A program made the translations under genes and the position numbers. Source: Octopus sinensis (taxonomy: Eukaryota). From it: a DNA stretch of 64,000 nt. Within the stretch, counting starts at the first letter, position 1. Each line of letters starts with the position of its first letter. Where the stretch lies: assembly GCF_006345805.1 (NCBI RefSeq), contig NC_042998.1, positions 139,128,001 through 139,192,000 on the forward strand, given 5' to 3'. The notes under the pieces are model-generated. The model was given only the letters and a program-made list of their open reading frames with translations, was not told where the DNA came from and searched no databases. This document shows positions 46,646 to 60,772 of the stretch, in pieces.

Positions 46646-48355
46646 CTGAAATAAGAAAAAAAAAACAACTTTATACTCTCTCATTGAAACTTTAAAATGG
46701 AGTTGAAATGTGTTGATGTTTTCTTTACTAGAGACATCAAATGGACATTACTAGCAAAGAAACTGACAGAGCAAGGATAGCTCTACTAATACATCATCAA
46801 CATCATCATCATCAACACAGTAGCAGTTTCAGATGCATTCTTACTCCTTACACCTGCTATAATGATTCACTGATTTTTTCCCCTCTTGTTTTGTTAATCC
46901 CAGATTCCCCCAGGAATTAGGTGTCTATTTCTGTATTTCATCATCAACAACTGGCACGTGGGCAGTTACAACAAGGGTTCCAGTTGATTTGATCAACAGA
47001 ACAGCTTGCTCATAAAATTAATGAGCAAATGGCTGAGCACTCCACATACAGGTATACCCTTAACAAAGTTCTCAGGGAGAATCAGTATGACACATTCTGT
47101 GACAAGAGTGGCCCTTTGAAATACAGGAACTACTCATTTTTTGCCATCTGAGCAGACTGGAGCAATGTGAAACAAAGCATCTTGCTCAAAGACACAACGT
47201 GCCATCAGGAATTGAACTCACAACCCTACAATTGTAAGCCAAATATCCTAACCACTAAGCCACACATCTTCACTAAACTTTATCATCATCATCATTGAAC
47301 ATCCATGCTTCACGCTGACATAAGTTGAATAGTTTGACAAGATCAGATAGACACATATTCTAGTGTCTGCTTTGGCATGGTTTCTATGGCTGAGTACCCT
47401 TCCTAATGTCAATCACTTTACAGCATGTAGTGTGCTTTTACTATGCCAGCAGTCTTAGTAAGGAAGCCATGCAGCTTGAAAGACTATGATCCCTGAGTGG
47501 TGAGGGGCACCTTTATGCAAGACTGGTGAGATCAATATAATTAACATTTCACTTGAATAGTGGCAAGTCAACAGCTACAGGAAAACTACAAGTTAGGAGG
47601 GAATTTCAGAGGGATGATGTTTTAATAGGAAAGGATTGGGTATAACAAGGAATTGGCATGGGGCTTGGTATGAACTCAATAGGAGTGATAAAAAGAGATG
47701 AGTGAATCAGAAATGCCTGAGAGGAAATGACATTAGACTGGCCATCTCCAAAAACCAGAGACCACAGTAGTAGGAGGACAGAGGTTGAAGTGTGATTCTG
47801 AGCAACTGCATGTTAATCGAGTAGCCTTTCTTTAGGTGTTGTCATAATGTGTGTGTGCGCACATGCACACGCATGTATAGAAACAGCATTGTCCCAAATG
47901 TAGAAGCAGTACTTTAGTGTCAGTCACATCTGAACTTTGAAGTGAATTAATAGTGGACTAAAAATGAAAACATCCGGCACATATTTTGTAATGTGCCACC
48001 GCCGCCGCCGCTGCACACACACTCAAGCATGTGAACAAATACATGCATATATGTGTATGATGGGCTTCTTCCAATTTCTGCCTAACCAAATCCATTCACA
48101 AAGCTTTGATAGGTCCAGGGCTACAGCAGAAGACAGATGCTGAAGGTGTGATAGAGTAGAACTGAACCTAAAACCAGGTGGCTGCTAAATGAACTTCTTA
48201 ATCACACAAAAAAATCTGGCCATCATAAAGACTTCTCTATTTTTTAAAACAGCTTATACTAATATTGTTGATATATTGTCAGTGACACATCACCATCTCA
48301 CACAACAACATGTCCAACAACATTAATATTGTGGATGTGTAAATACAATTGTTAC

Positions 48356-48525
48356 CTCCAGTTCTTCAGGGCGTCTGGCATCTCTACGTTTTTCTTTCAG
48401 TTTCTTGATAATGGACTCAAGAGTCTGTTCCATTGTTGGAACAGTAGTTGGAGATTCAGAACCGCCAGATGATGCTCCACTTCCATGCCGACTGCGACTA
48501 CTCATTTCAGCTTCTTCTTTCAGTT
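48356..48525 (-). CDS. FAM13A: FAM13-family exon (LKEEAEMSSRSRHGSG...TLESIIKKLKEKRRDARRPEELE)
   Basis: TAG/GTAAC, 170 nt, phase 1-0. Matches 'TLESIQRKLQEKRAESSRPED'. Confidence 0.9.
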
Positions 48526-49933
48526 CTATACAAAAAAAGTGAAATGGATGTTAAGATTTCAGGTGGTTTTCAAAGTTAAAATCCTCAAAACTAAGGGCAC
48601 CATTTCAAACTATAACCAAGTCTTTATAAGTGCTTGTAATTCTTCCATTTGAAAGTCATGTTATAATTACATACGCAAGTTAAGTATAAACATGTTTAAG
48701 TATTGTGTGACTGATATCATCATCATCATTTAACATTCATCTTCCATGCTGACATTGGCTGGACAGGCTGACAAGATCTGATGAGTTCAAGGACTGCATC
48801 AAACACCAGTATCTACTTTGTGTGGTTTCTGTGGATGGAGACCCTTCCTAAGATTAACCACTTTACAGCATGTACTTGGTGCATTTTTCCATGCCACCAG
48901 CACTAGCAAAATTGCTAATGAGAGTCACATATTGTATGTGTATGTTATGTGTACTGTATGTCTGTGCACACTATGTGTATCATGCATGTACATTAGTCAA
49001 AAGCAGTGCACAAAAGGGGACATATTTTAGCACTTTGCTGTGTTTGACTGTTTGTCTGGCTTGTATGTGTGTCGGTATATTATGACCAGATGTGTGTGTG
49101 CATGTGAGTGCCAGATATGTGACAAACAAATGTGGATGCAGCTGCTGAGTGTATGCAACCGTCAAGCATATGGTGCATACAACAGTTGGATGTGTGAGAC
49201 AATCAGGTGTATGTGTACATATGTGACTGCTAAATGCTCAGAATTACTGGATGGTGTATGTAATTGCATTGTATGAGTGTGTGTATGAGACTATGAGGTT
49301 ACATATACGACAGCCAGTATACATGCTGCCACTTGCACATGTGCATATCCATACATGTGCATACCTGCCATCCATGCATGTGCACATCTGCAACTCATGT
49401 ATGCACACACCAGCTGGAGTATAACAGCTGATTATTTGTATCATATAAAAATCTAACAAGTATTTGTAGCACACATCTGGTCAAGTAAGCATTAGCAATG
49501 CATAGGATGTTCTGCATACAAACCCTGTTATAACCTGCCCTCCATTGTGTTGAGTGTAATGAAAGTACACTGTATGAGTGTCAGACGTGTAGGTGTGTGC
49601 ATGTGTGCACACACACACACACACACACACATTGCACATTTCAGCAAATTTGGCATGTATGTAGATGTGCAATTCTGTCAAATAATGCCAGGAACATGGA
49701 CAATAATTTGTCTAGATAGATACCAACTGATTTGGAAAAGTGATGCACAAAGATGAGAATCTCATTTCAAGCCATTTCCCATTGCGAATATATCGACATT
49801 TTAATAACACAGCAATAAATACATTCAACAAGGTGTGTGTGAGTGTGTGTGTGTGTGTTCACACACACACACAAATCCACACATTTTATATATATATATA
49901 TATATAAACATAGAATGTGAAAATATACTTTAC

Positions 49934-50015
49934 TTTTGATTTCCTTTCTTGCTTTAGCCAAATCTGCCATGTATTTCTTGATTTCAGCTTTAGCAGTTTT
50001 ATCACTCTGTGATGG
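49934..50015 (-). CDS. FAM13A: FAM13-family exon (PSQSDKTAKAEIKKYMADLAKARKEIK)
   Basis: CAG/GTAAA, 82 nt, phase 0-1. Matches '[27 protein letters not shown]'. Confidence 0.88.
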
Positions 50016-50481
50016 CTGCAATGAGGAGAATTCAGTTCCTTTGTAACATAGAAATTGAATAAGAATCCTAGCCTAACAAATAGTCATCAAATATTTATTG
50101 ATAGCCCTCATCAACAACGCCTTATGCTTCACCAAACACAAGGGTGAAGCCATATATTTATCACATCTCATCATATTACTAAATCTTTCAATTATGGAAG
50201 ATATTCTTTGTACTCCACTCTAATGTTACTAACATATCTTTAATAGCTTTAAATGACATCTAATAGAGCAAACAGTATAATGAATATCTGGGGGAGGGCA
50301 TTATAAATGAGGTAGAGAAAACAATATATTAAATATTTAGTTCGCTGTGGGTCTTTTACTTTTAACTTATACTGTTTCTTTCTACCCAGATCTCTCTCTC
50401 TCTCTCCTCGATTCAATGTGAAACACAAGCAGAATGCCTAAGTCAACAACAGCAAGTCTCTGGTAAACATCAGCTCTGGTT

Positions 50482-50647
50482 CGTTATTTACACTATTTAC
50501 ATTTGATGGATATTTGTCCTCATCTTGTTTGTTGTTAACATGTTTCGGCTGATATACCCTCCAGCCTTCATCAGGTGTCTTGGGGACATTTTGAACCTGG
50601 GTTCTCATCCCTAAGGTATTTTTTGATATTATTATTATTAATATTAT
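50482..50647 (-). mobile_element. 166-bp insertion with a 12-bp TSD, carrying a hammerhead-like core
   Basis: TCAGCTCTGGTT at 50470-50481 and 50648-50659. Minus strand reads GACAC-CTGATGA-A-GGCTG-(10 nt)-CAGCC-GAAAC. Confidence 0.8.
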
Positions 50648-51171
50648 TCAGCTCTGGTTGTTTCAAAGCTCATTGAGTCTTTCAACAGCTACATCCTACA
50701 GTTTGATGCCTAAAGTGCCACCTCGCTTTATCAATGGTATATAACCATTCATTCTCCTAAGTCTGAAGAAGGATCAAAACCATAAAATCACAGCATCCAT
50801 AGATGATACTAACCAATATTAGTCCTGTAGGAACTTGACCACTTTCATCATCATCAATTTAATGTTAACTTTTCCGTGCTTGCACGAGTTGGGTGGAATT
50901 TATTGAGGCAGATTTTTCTATGACTTAATGCCCTTCCTATCATTATCATTCATCTGTTTCCAAGCAAGATAATATTTCCCCATGGCTAAACATGTTCTTG
51001 CAGAATGTTAGAAATGAACAACACTGCTTGTATGACAGTCACACTCATTTACAACTGTCATGCAATGTCAAGACAAGACACAAACATACATATAAATACA
51101 TATAAAATTTCTATTTATAATTTTTTTATCAATATATTTTCAAAAATAAAAAATAAATGGGTTTGACTTAC

Positions 51172-51230
51172 TCGGTATCCATGCTCTCGCTCAAAGTTTT
51201 CTTCAAATAACTTTATCTTTTTCCTCAGAG
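51172..51230 (-). CDS. FAM13A: FAM13-family exon ((S)LRKKIKLFEENFEREHGYR)
   Basis: TAG/GTAAG, 59 nt, phase 1-0. Matches 'SLKKKIRKFEDRFEEEKKYR'. Confidence 0.9.
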
Positions 51231-52030
51231 CTAGTAACATTAAAAAGTAATATATTTCAAGATTATTTAGATATTTATTCATTTACTTTATTCTCCTTCC
51301 CCCCTCACACACACAAACATTGGATTACCAAAATTGCTGAAAGATTTTATCCTAAGCTAAAAAGACAGCATAGCAGTGAGAAGCAAATGAGAAACGCATT
51401 TCTTTCTTAAATTGATGCTAAATTGACTGAAAATTTTCTAGAACAATTCTGACTGTTAAAATGTTTTGTAAAAAGTATTTTTAGAAAGTAACACAGAAAA
51501 AGATCACGGTCAGCCTAAAATTCAAATGAGCTATTTGCACTGTGGAGTGAAAAAAAAATAGGACAGTTTCAACTTGCACTAATATAGCATATAATAATTT
51601 CTGACATGCCAGCAAGGCAATACTCTCTTTTTTTTTTGTTTTTTATAGTGGGGAGGGGTTTGTACTTGACAAGCTCTTAATTTTATTGACTCTAAAAATG
51701 CAGAGTTGACTTCAGCAGGATTTCAAGTCAGAAAGTAGAGCTGAAACAAATACTGCAAGGCATTTACTCTGATGCTCAAACAGTCTTACCAATTCCTCAT
51801 AATATAAGATAGCTTAAATAGTTAAGTCAAAAGATGCTTTGAATCTGGCATATTCATAAAAGTTTTTTAAAATTGTTAAGAAAATTTTTTTTTTAAAGAT
51901 TCTCAGCTGAGATAAATTCAGAAAGATTTCAGTTTCTAACCAAGTATTTCTTATAAATCTGAAGAAACAAGTAGACCCAGCAAAGGAGAAAAGAAAAACA
52001 AAAAAATAAAAAATATCTTAGTACAAATAA

Positions 52031-52405
52031 TCTATTATATAAAATCCGTTGTCTGTCTGTGTATGTGTCTTCTAGGATCTCAGGCATCCTCCATCCGATT
52101 GCGCTCAAATTTGATACGTAGATACCGACGGTATCAGGGTGTGTATAAGTCTTGAAAAAATTACAAAAATCGATTCCAGGTGAGAATGCGATTGATAAAG
52201 CCGTGGGAACGTGCATTTGTATGTGCATGTACATCAGTTGAAATCCATCTTTTGCTGGTGTCTCAAATTTAAGTTAAATCAGCGTTTCTCAAAGGGGAGG
52301 CCTATGGGACGGTCGGACAAGTTGTTTTAAGAAAATTTGGTTTAAATGTTTGACAACTCAGCACCGTCCATTGGACGGGGAGGTGGGGCGTTTTGCTCAT
52401 GTTCA
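52031..52405 (+). mobile_element. Helitron-like non-autonomous element, 5' part
   Basis: A|TCTATTATATAAAAT start, (CTGT)n, TCCGATTGCGCTCAAATTTG motif, CpG-rich relative to the host. No 3' hairpin-CTAG end seen. Confidence 0.55.
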
Positions 52406-54296
52406 ATATAATTCAATGGCCAAATTTGACAATTTTAATGGTTCAATAATAGCTCAGCTTCAAGATTCCTATGATAATGCTACAATATTTTGAGAATCAT
52501 TGTTTTGTTTAACATCTGTTTTTCCATGCTTACATGGATTTTAACAGAGTTATTTGAGGTATAATTTTTATGGTTGGATACTCTTCCTGGTGCCAACACT
52601 TGTTTTTCAAGTAAACGATTTCTTCATTCTGCATGTCTACAAAAGGACCTAGTAACTGGTCATGTCAACAAAGATGTTAACATCAGAAAAAAGCTTCACT
52701 CAAGCAGTGACATCCACATGTGCCATGTACGTATTCAATGTGTTTCCTGTAGTTTCTGCCAACCAAATTCTCTCACATGGCATTGGTAGGTTCATGGTTG
52801 TAAAAGACACTTATTCATGCAAAGTGCCATGCAGTTAGTTCAAACCCAATCACATATAATTGCAAAACAAATCCCTCAAATAGCCAGGGCCACGTTTGCA
52901 CTATGAAGGGCTAAAAAAATGTTGGCTTTCTAAATACATGGTCAACCAATATGCAGCTTCTTTCCACTTAAGCCAGGTAATTCTTATTGACCTCCCTTCA
53001 CATGGAAAAATTTTCATACCAAGTAACAAAGAACTAAATGAAGTTAATGGTTTCTGTGTGTCATTCAATAGCTAGAATGAGTATGCCATGCTGTGACTGC
53101 CATCCCAAGATAGTTTAGAGTAGAGAGGTTGTAAATCATTGAAGAGGTTGTAAATGACGAAGAAAGGACTTCAGCAAACACAACTGATTAATTGATTAAC
53201 CAAATGATCAATCAAGTACTCAGTTAGTTAGTTGGTTGGCCACAAAGCTAATCAACTGATGAATGATAATAAAAAAATGAAATTGAACCAATGTGTGTGT
53301 GTGTGTTTTTTATTGACATAACTAGCAGGACCTGTGGAAATTCTACAGAATAAAAAAGGTTAAGAGAAGCTATTTAAGAAAGAAAGGATGATTTTTATTT
53401 TGCTACGTATTTCACTTCCAGTCACAATGATATATTATATGATTTTAAAATTTACCTCTGTTAAGCACTTTATATTTCTCTCTTTCTCTCTACCTCTTCA
53501 ACAAACTTTTTAATCATGTAATTCCCTTCTTCATGTCTTTAACATTTCTTTTTCTCTTCACCTCTCACTTCCACTAACCACATAAGTGACAGCATAATGC
53601 ACTGGCTGGCTATCTGCTCTCTCACTCACTTTCACATTCCCTCTTCATTTCTCTTCCTCCAACTCTTCCTAACAAACTAAAGCATAAAGTGTGAACAAAT
53701 ATGTAGAAGAAAAATTTCATAGATTTAATTTGATTAAAAAAAAACACTTTTCACTATCAACACACCACCACCACCGCCATCATCATCATTACTATAGTTT
53801 CCAGTAACAAAGCTCATTTAATTTCAGTTCAGTTCAGCTGTTTGTTTATATCTACTTTTTCTTGCTGTCAATGTATCTCTACTCTGACAATACAAATTGA
53901 TCTGTTTCTGCCTCTCTCTCTCTCTCTTAACATAACTACCTCCCCTGTCCATCTCTCTCTATCAGCCTTTCTTCAACCTCGCCACCAGAAGTCACCCTCT
54001 GCTAAATATTGTATCCTAAACATATCTATTTATCTTTATCTCCCCACCCTACAATACATTAACACCTCTCTCCCCCTTTTCTTTCACTGTCTTTTTCTCT
54101 TGCTCTTAACCTCTCCCTTCAACTAACCATTTGGCCTTATACATCTTTTTCTGCTTCTTCCTTCTTTCTTCTCTACTCACATTCCTTCCCTATCTCTCTC
54201 ACTTTTACTCCACCTCTAACTAAATTATAACAGCTGAACAAACAAGTAGATTATTATATAGATGACCTTCCCAAGTTACAACTAAATAGAACTTAC

Positions 54297-54358
54297 ACTG
54301 AATCTTCTTAGTCAATTGCTTTAATCTTGTAGTGTATTCATCTTCAACTGCCACATTT
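54297..54358 (-). CDS. FAM13A: FAM13-family exon (NVAVEDEYTTRLKQLTKKIQ)
   Basis: CAG/GTAAG, 62 nt, phase 2-1. Matches 'QLTRRIQ'. Confidence 0.87.
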
Positions 54359-55480
54359 CTGGAGGGAAAAAAATCATGAGAAAATAAAGACTGAAAAATA
54401 CAATTGTTATAGAAAATAAAAACTTGAAAAAAAAAAATCTGAACAATTTTGTCACTTCATATTTTATCTTCTCCATTCATGTTAGAACCAGTTCTCATTA
54501 GTTTCAAAAATAAAGACCAACTGGAAAACTAGCAGAGAGCTGAGAGGCAAGATAAGTCGTTAGATTTTAACAAAGGAATACGGAGTTTGTTTTCATTTTA
54601 TATATAAACAAGGAATTAAAGAATTAATTATGTTAATTTTAGCAAACGCAAGATAAAGAGTCAATGAGAAGAATCATAGAGCATTCATTATTATTTCTTA
54701 CAGTTAACCTTACACACAGCAACTACTGTATAAATGATGGCATCTATGACTGGAGAGTAAGCAGAGTGAAACAAATATTTTATATTTTCTGCAAGAGATC
54801 TTATTATATATTTGTTAAAGTCAAGAAATTAAGAGATTAATATTTATCATTACAATAAGGGGTAATGAAGTCCAACGATCCAGAGCAAAAATAGTCATAT
54901 TTCATGTTTGCATACAATATCTATTTAGGTAGACACTAAACACTTCTAGTCAAAATTTAAACAGAAGTAAACTGATAAAAACAAAAAGTACTTTTAATCT
55001 TTCTTTTAAATTTCTCAGTTAAACCAAAAGAAATATTAGGGGTTCACACAAGATAATGTCTCATTGGAAGATTAGCAGCGGATATGACTGAAGACAGGTA
55101 CAATTGAAGGAGACGACGTATGAGACTGTTTAAAACAGAGCAGCTATTGTAGGTGACAATACATACAAGCTTCACTGAACCTGTAAAGAAGAAATATGTC
55201 AGACTGACACAGTCCCAGATAATCAAGAAGATCAATTAAGGCAGGGTAATAATAATTAAAAAAATATTAAAAAATGGGTTAAACTCTTCTTTGAACAAAA
55301 GATCTCTGTTCTGACAATAAATCATACTTGACAATAGATTTAATCTAAGTGTCTGTACTTGTGCCAGTACAATATGTGTGTGTGTGTGCGCGCACGCATG
55401 TGCATGTATGTACAGGTCTTTGTGATCATGTACAGATGTATTTAAATATATGTATTGACTATATAGTGTGTCTATATATT

Positions 55481-55688
55481 CTTTTCTACTCTAGGCACAA
55501 GGCCTGAAATTTGGGGGGAGGGGGCCAGTTGATTAGATCACCTCCAGTATGCAACTGGTACTTAATTTACTAACCTCGAAAGGATGAAAGGCAAAGTCAA
55601 CCTTGGTGGAATTTGAACTCAGAACAGCAGATGAAATACTGCGAAGCGTTTTGTCTGGTGTGCCAACAATTCTGCCAGCTTGCTGCCC
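55481..55688 (-). mobile_element. Full-length solo copy of the (TTA)n-family SINE with a 17-bp TSD
   Basis: TAGTGTGTCTATATATT at 55464-55480 and 55689-55705. Confidence 0.9.
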
Positions 55689-57306
55689 TAGTGTGTCTAT
55701 ATATTAAGCATGCAATGTGTGTGCATGTGCTTGCATTGCCCCTTGTTCTCCTCTTGAGATAGAGAACTAGGATCTCTTTATAAATTAGAGAAATACAGAA
55801 AAGGATCATGTCACCAAGCCAGCAATATAGTTGAAATGTCATTGTCTAAGATAATGATGCTAACTTTAAAAAAAGGACACAAGCAAGAATTTATTTCCTT
55901 TGGCCAAAATCTCTTGTAGAGGTTGTTCAAATTGTATGGTATTCAAATCAGTGATCATAAATCATATCAAATTTAGAATGTGCTCAAAACAGAAACAAAA
56001 AACCTTTGAATACAACAGAGAACTGTTAAAACAGAAAAGCCTCACTTAGTGTAGCAGGCAAATTTCTTTAGAAGCAAGATAACAAAAAATTAAAAATCAC
56101 CAAGTTTCAAATACAAATTGTCTGCTTTGAAATACTATGTTAACAATAAGCATGGAATAGGTGTAATTAGACTACAATCAAACAAATAAGTTTGCCTCTA
56201 AAATCTGATTTATCCTATTGTCTCTCCATGACACTTCACAGAGCAAATCACACTATGCTAATGTAAAGTATGATCCCTAACAAAACTAAAAGCATAATGT
56301 GTAAGATACAACCTGGACATAAAGCCTATAGAATGTCTGTACACATCATAATGCATGCCATTAAGCTATAAATGAAATCAAATTTAAATTTTCTAAAATA
56401 AGTTTGTAATATAGGTGCAGATATGAATATGAATAATAGATGCAAGCATGGCTGGCTGGCTGGCTGGTTTAAGAAATTTGTTTGACATTCACATTGGTTT
56501 CAATGCTTTCTACAATAGACCTGGGCCAACCAAAGATGTGTGAGTGGATATGGTAGACGAAAACTGAAAGAAGCCCTACACATACACACATACATGAATG
56601 TATGTATATGTGTGCATATTTGTTACTGTCTCCTTGTCTTCAGAGAACATGAGAGTTGTAAACAAGTGTTACTGTTTACAAATAGTATTTCCAACCCTCT
56701 GTAGAAACATATCTGGCCTAGGGGAAATATTACCTTATGTAGAAACACGTGTGAGTTGGTAATAGGAATGGCATCTGGCCATAGAAAATCTGCCTCGACA
56801 AATCCATCTGATCCATGCAAACACGAAAAATGGACATATGATGATGATGATGATGTTGATAACGGTGTGCATGTGTACTAACTGTTACTGCTACACCAGT
56901 ATCCATTTACAGACAATATTTGTATAACAGAAACATGGTTTAGTTTTATTAGCCATGTAACCATATTATTAGCATAAACTACTTAGTGCTTTGACAAAAA
57001 CATCATCATTTCAGTTACTTGTAACGATGCTAGCTTGTTAAGGCTATAGCAAATTAAGTTACATGTATTGACATTGGTTCATATACAAATATTCATTAAT
57101 TCTATCAATGTTTCAGCATTTCTACTAATATACATTAGGTACTTGTGTTTCATATTTATTTTTGGTAGGATATACAGGCCAATACAAGTATCAATGCAAA
57201 CATAGATTTTTATCACACAATAAGCCAGCTTCCACTTCACCAAACGACCTAACTTTAGAAACTAAGGATGATTACAAAAACAAACCTTCCTTCATGTAAT
57301 ATTGAT

Positions 57307-57345
<39 letters not shown>

Positions 57346-57351
<6 letters not shown>

Positions 57352-57577
57352 GCATTCAAAAAGTATCTGACTTCATTTTTTTCTGGCAAAAACTAATGTT
57401 GTGAGGGCAAAATCTTTTGGGTGGGAAATGACACCACTCTTCCTGCACATGTAGCAAAATTTTCGCACCAGTAGGCCACATTAGTCCCTGGCTATTACAC
57501 CCTAGAATACAGATGTGTAGAGCATGCTCAGATTTTCATTTTCACGCAAGAAGACTGAACATATTGAGCAGAGACTA
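57346..57577 (+). mobile_element. Mariner-like transposon 5' fragment inside a (TA)n tract
   Basis: AGGTGCATTCAAAAAGTATCTGAC resembles a mariner TIR. It ends at a transposase-start remnant 'TEHIEQR'. Confidence 0.55.
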
Positions 57578-57611
57578 TAAACCAATGATGATGGTCTTCA
57601 TGAAGTCTGAG

Positions 57612-57661
<50 letters not shown>

Positions 57662-60600
57662 ATATATATAACTCAGCCCAGGGTGCAACACAGTGGGACT
57701 AAATACAAAAGCACATGGTTGCAAAGTGAACTCCGTAATTTCACAGCCATATCTGGACCTGTAATTTACTGAATAATCCAAAAAACTCCAAACCCAATCA
57801 ATCTATAAAACCTATAAATCCTTAAATAGTAATCATATTTGATTATATTCTGAGCAAAGTCTTATTTAGATCCCTGCATTCTATACAAAACTCTTAATAT
57901 TTTACATTTCTTTGAATTACTCTTCTTAAAACTAGAGTGTTAGTTATCACATGATGGGTGATTCTGGAAGTATACATTTGCTGCCATTGGGCAATATCAG
58001 GAAATATGATATATATATATATAATAATTATAATTCAACGTTTATCAAATTTCTTTCCTTGATGCCTATACAAAACAATGAAATTATTATCAACATCATT
58101 TAATGAATGTGTTCCATGCTGGCAAGAGTTGGACTGACCAACAGGATCTGACTAACATATTGGTCTCCAGTGTTTGCTTTGGCAAGGTTTCTACAGCCAG
58201 ATGCCTTTCCTAATGCCAACCAATTTTCAGAGTGTACTGGGTACTTTATGTGACACAAACACTAGTGATATCACCAAGTAACTCACAAGACAATACTACT
58301 CAACTGAGTAGTAGTGCAGTATTGAGGGAAGTTGCTTTGTGCTAGATATAGAGAAGGTAGGTAGGAAAGATGGACTGAAATGCATGTTTTGCTGCAGAGG
58401 AGGTACACGAATAGTTGATCAGGAAAGGGAGAAAGAATGAGATGAGACTAATATTAATTTTCAAAAGAAAAATATTACTTTAAAATAAAATTAAAACAAA
58501 TTTCTCATTTGCATAATTGCAATAAATGTATTGTTTCTTTGTAAATTTTATCAACATAAATCTGTCATTGAAAACCTACCCTTAGAAAATTTCATTTAAA
58601 AATGTGTATTTTTTAGAAAACCATAAAACATTCATCTTGTATCTCTTAAATTAACACCTTATTTCTCTTTTAACCTCACTCTCCCTCTCTCTATATGTGA
58701 AGAGTGATGAAGAATCTACCAAGCAACCAACCAACATTTATATCAGCTATTATTAAGTAGAAATTATTTTGGAGTTCATTAAAACAGACTATTCTATGAC
58801 ACGTAAAAAAAAATGCATAAAAAACCATTGAGAAAAGAAAATACTTTTTTTTAAACAAAACATTGTCTATAATAAAAATAGGGAATTATTTTATGTTCAT
58901 TTCTTTCTATTTTTTAATACAGTATTGGAGCTTTTCAACTCTACTTTGAAATTTCATAAATATATTTTTCTTTAAAAAAACAAAATCAATGAAAAATATT
59001 TTAATTATAATTCATTTGGTAATAGACAAAAAATAATGATGCTTTCAAATAAGAGGACTGCAAAATATTTCCTCATTACCAACATCAGTGGGGGGGGGGG
59101 ATTTTGTTGCTTGTAGCAAAACTAAAATGCAGAAGAATAAAATTTCCAACACAATGAAAGATTACAAAAAAATATATCTAGCACAGGTTAGAAATATAAA
59201 ATAAGTCATTCCCTGAATTTGATCAAAAGAGCAGAAGGAGTTGTGGGAATACAGCTGTATTAGCATGAGTGGGGAAGAATTCATAGAAAAATAATGAAAG
59301 AATATTTATATTTTTGCAACTAATATTCCAAATTTGCCCAACATTTGTAGGATGTTGTTATCCCAAACAGTAGTAAAATATACCAATATATAGATAAATT
59401 TTAAATGAGTTTTTAATTTGTTTAAGCATATGCAAATCTGAATGAACGAGTATATAATGAACTCATGTATGTATGCAAATAATTAAGCATTCTTACAATT
59501 AAGTTCATTTGATATTTAAAACAAACCATTTAAATCACCACCTTCAAAATTGGAATGTAAAAATACATTGTTTCTTTTTCACATATTACTAATAAAAGGT
59601 TCCCTGTCATATTTTTTTTTCATAGCTATTTTCATTCACTGGTTTACAAATCAATAATTCATTTAAACAAAGGGTAAATAATTTCAAATTACTAATATTG
59701 CCTTTCAGATTGAACATGAAAAACATCTAAAAAATAAATTCTATTCATAAGCATATACTTCTACCAATATATGATCAGCACCGTGTGTGCATGCATGTTT
59801 GTGTACACGTGTATGTATGTCATATATATGTATTTAATGTGTGTTTTTTATGGTTCTATGGATAAACAGAATCATTAAAGAAGTAAAATATATTTATAAG
59901 AAAGTCTGTCTTTAAGTATATATTTTTTGTTCTTTGACTGGTTATGATCATTAGGTTGTGCCCATACTGGAGGACAGATTCTAAGGATAGAGCATGTATG
60001 TATCAATAGGGTGTATGTATACATATCAAGTATGTACTTGAATGGAATTAATTTGGACACCAAAGAGGCATAACGCAAAATCACCTAGACACAATTGGAA
60101 TTCAGGTTGTTAATAGACAAAACCAAATATTTGTGTGTTAGAGGGCATGTATGTGGGAATATATATATTCACACAAAATCAAGTCTTTCGATCATCAATA
60201 AATGAAATTTTAAGATAAAGAAAAATGTTCCATAAAAGAAAAATTCAGAAATTAATTAACCAGAACCTTTAAATCAAAACACACTAATTAAAATTCACTT
60301 TAGCCCTTGAGCAAGGCACTGACATCTTCCTAGGTTAAAACTGTTGTCAACTATCCAGTCAAGTGCTTTGAGGCTTTACAGTACCAAATTTGACCCACAG
60401 CATTAGATGACTTAACAGTTATCTCTGTTATAAACAATTATAAGCTATAAGGCATATCTGGGATTCAAGCGAAGCATCTAATCAGTTTTCTATATCAATT
60501 TATACACACACAAAAAAAAAGTATAATGCAATGACTGTCTCTTTAAGACACACTGAAGACAAATACATAATGACCAAAATATATAGATATTAGATTTAAA

Positions 60601-60722
60601 AATACAAATAAGTTACACATTCATAAGGATTACATAATTTAATTGAATCTGGAGCTTTGAGAAATTTGCAGAACTTTTTCAAACTGCCTTTTTAAAATAT
60701 TTACTTTCACTTTTAATTATAT

Positions 60723-60772
<50 letters not shown>

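Noticed and set aside
48930-49640. Cluster of Cys/Met/His-rich ORFs on both strands
   Set aside because: Translation of degenerate (TG/CA)n low-complexity sequence.
55044-55235. Candidate FAM13 exon after TTCTTTACAG (55180) and the 63-aa ORF
   Set aside because: The nearest donor gives 14 nt in an incompatible phase, longer versions hit stops, and there is no homology.
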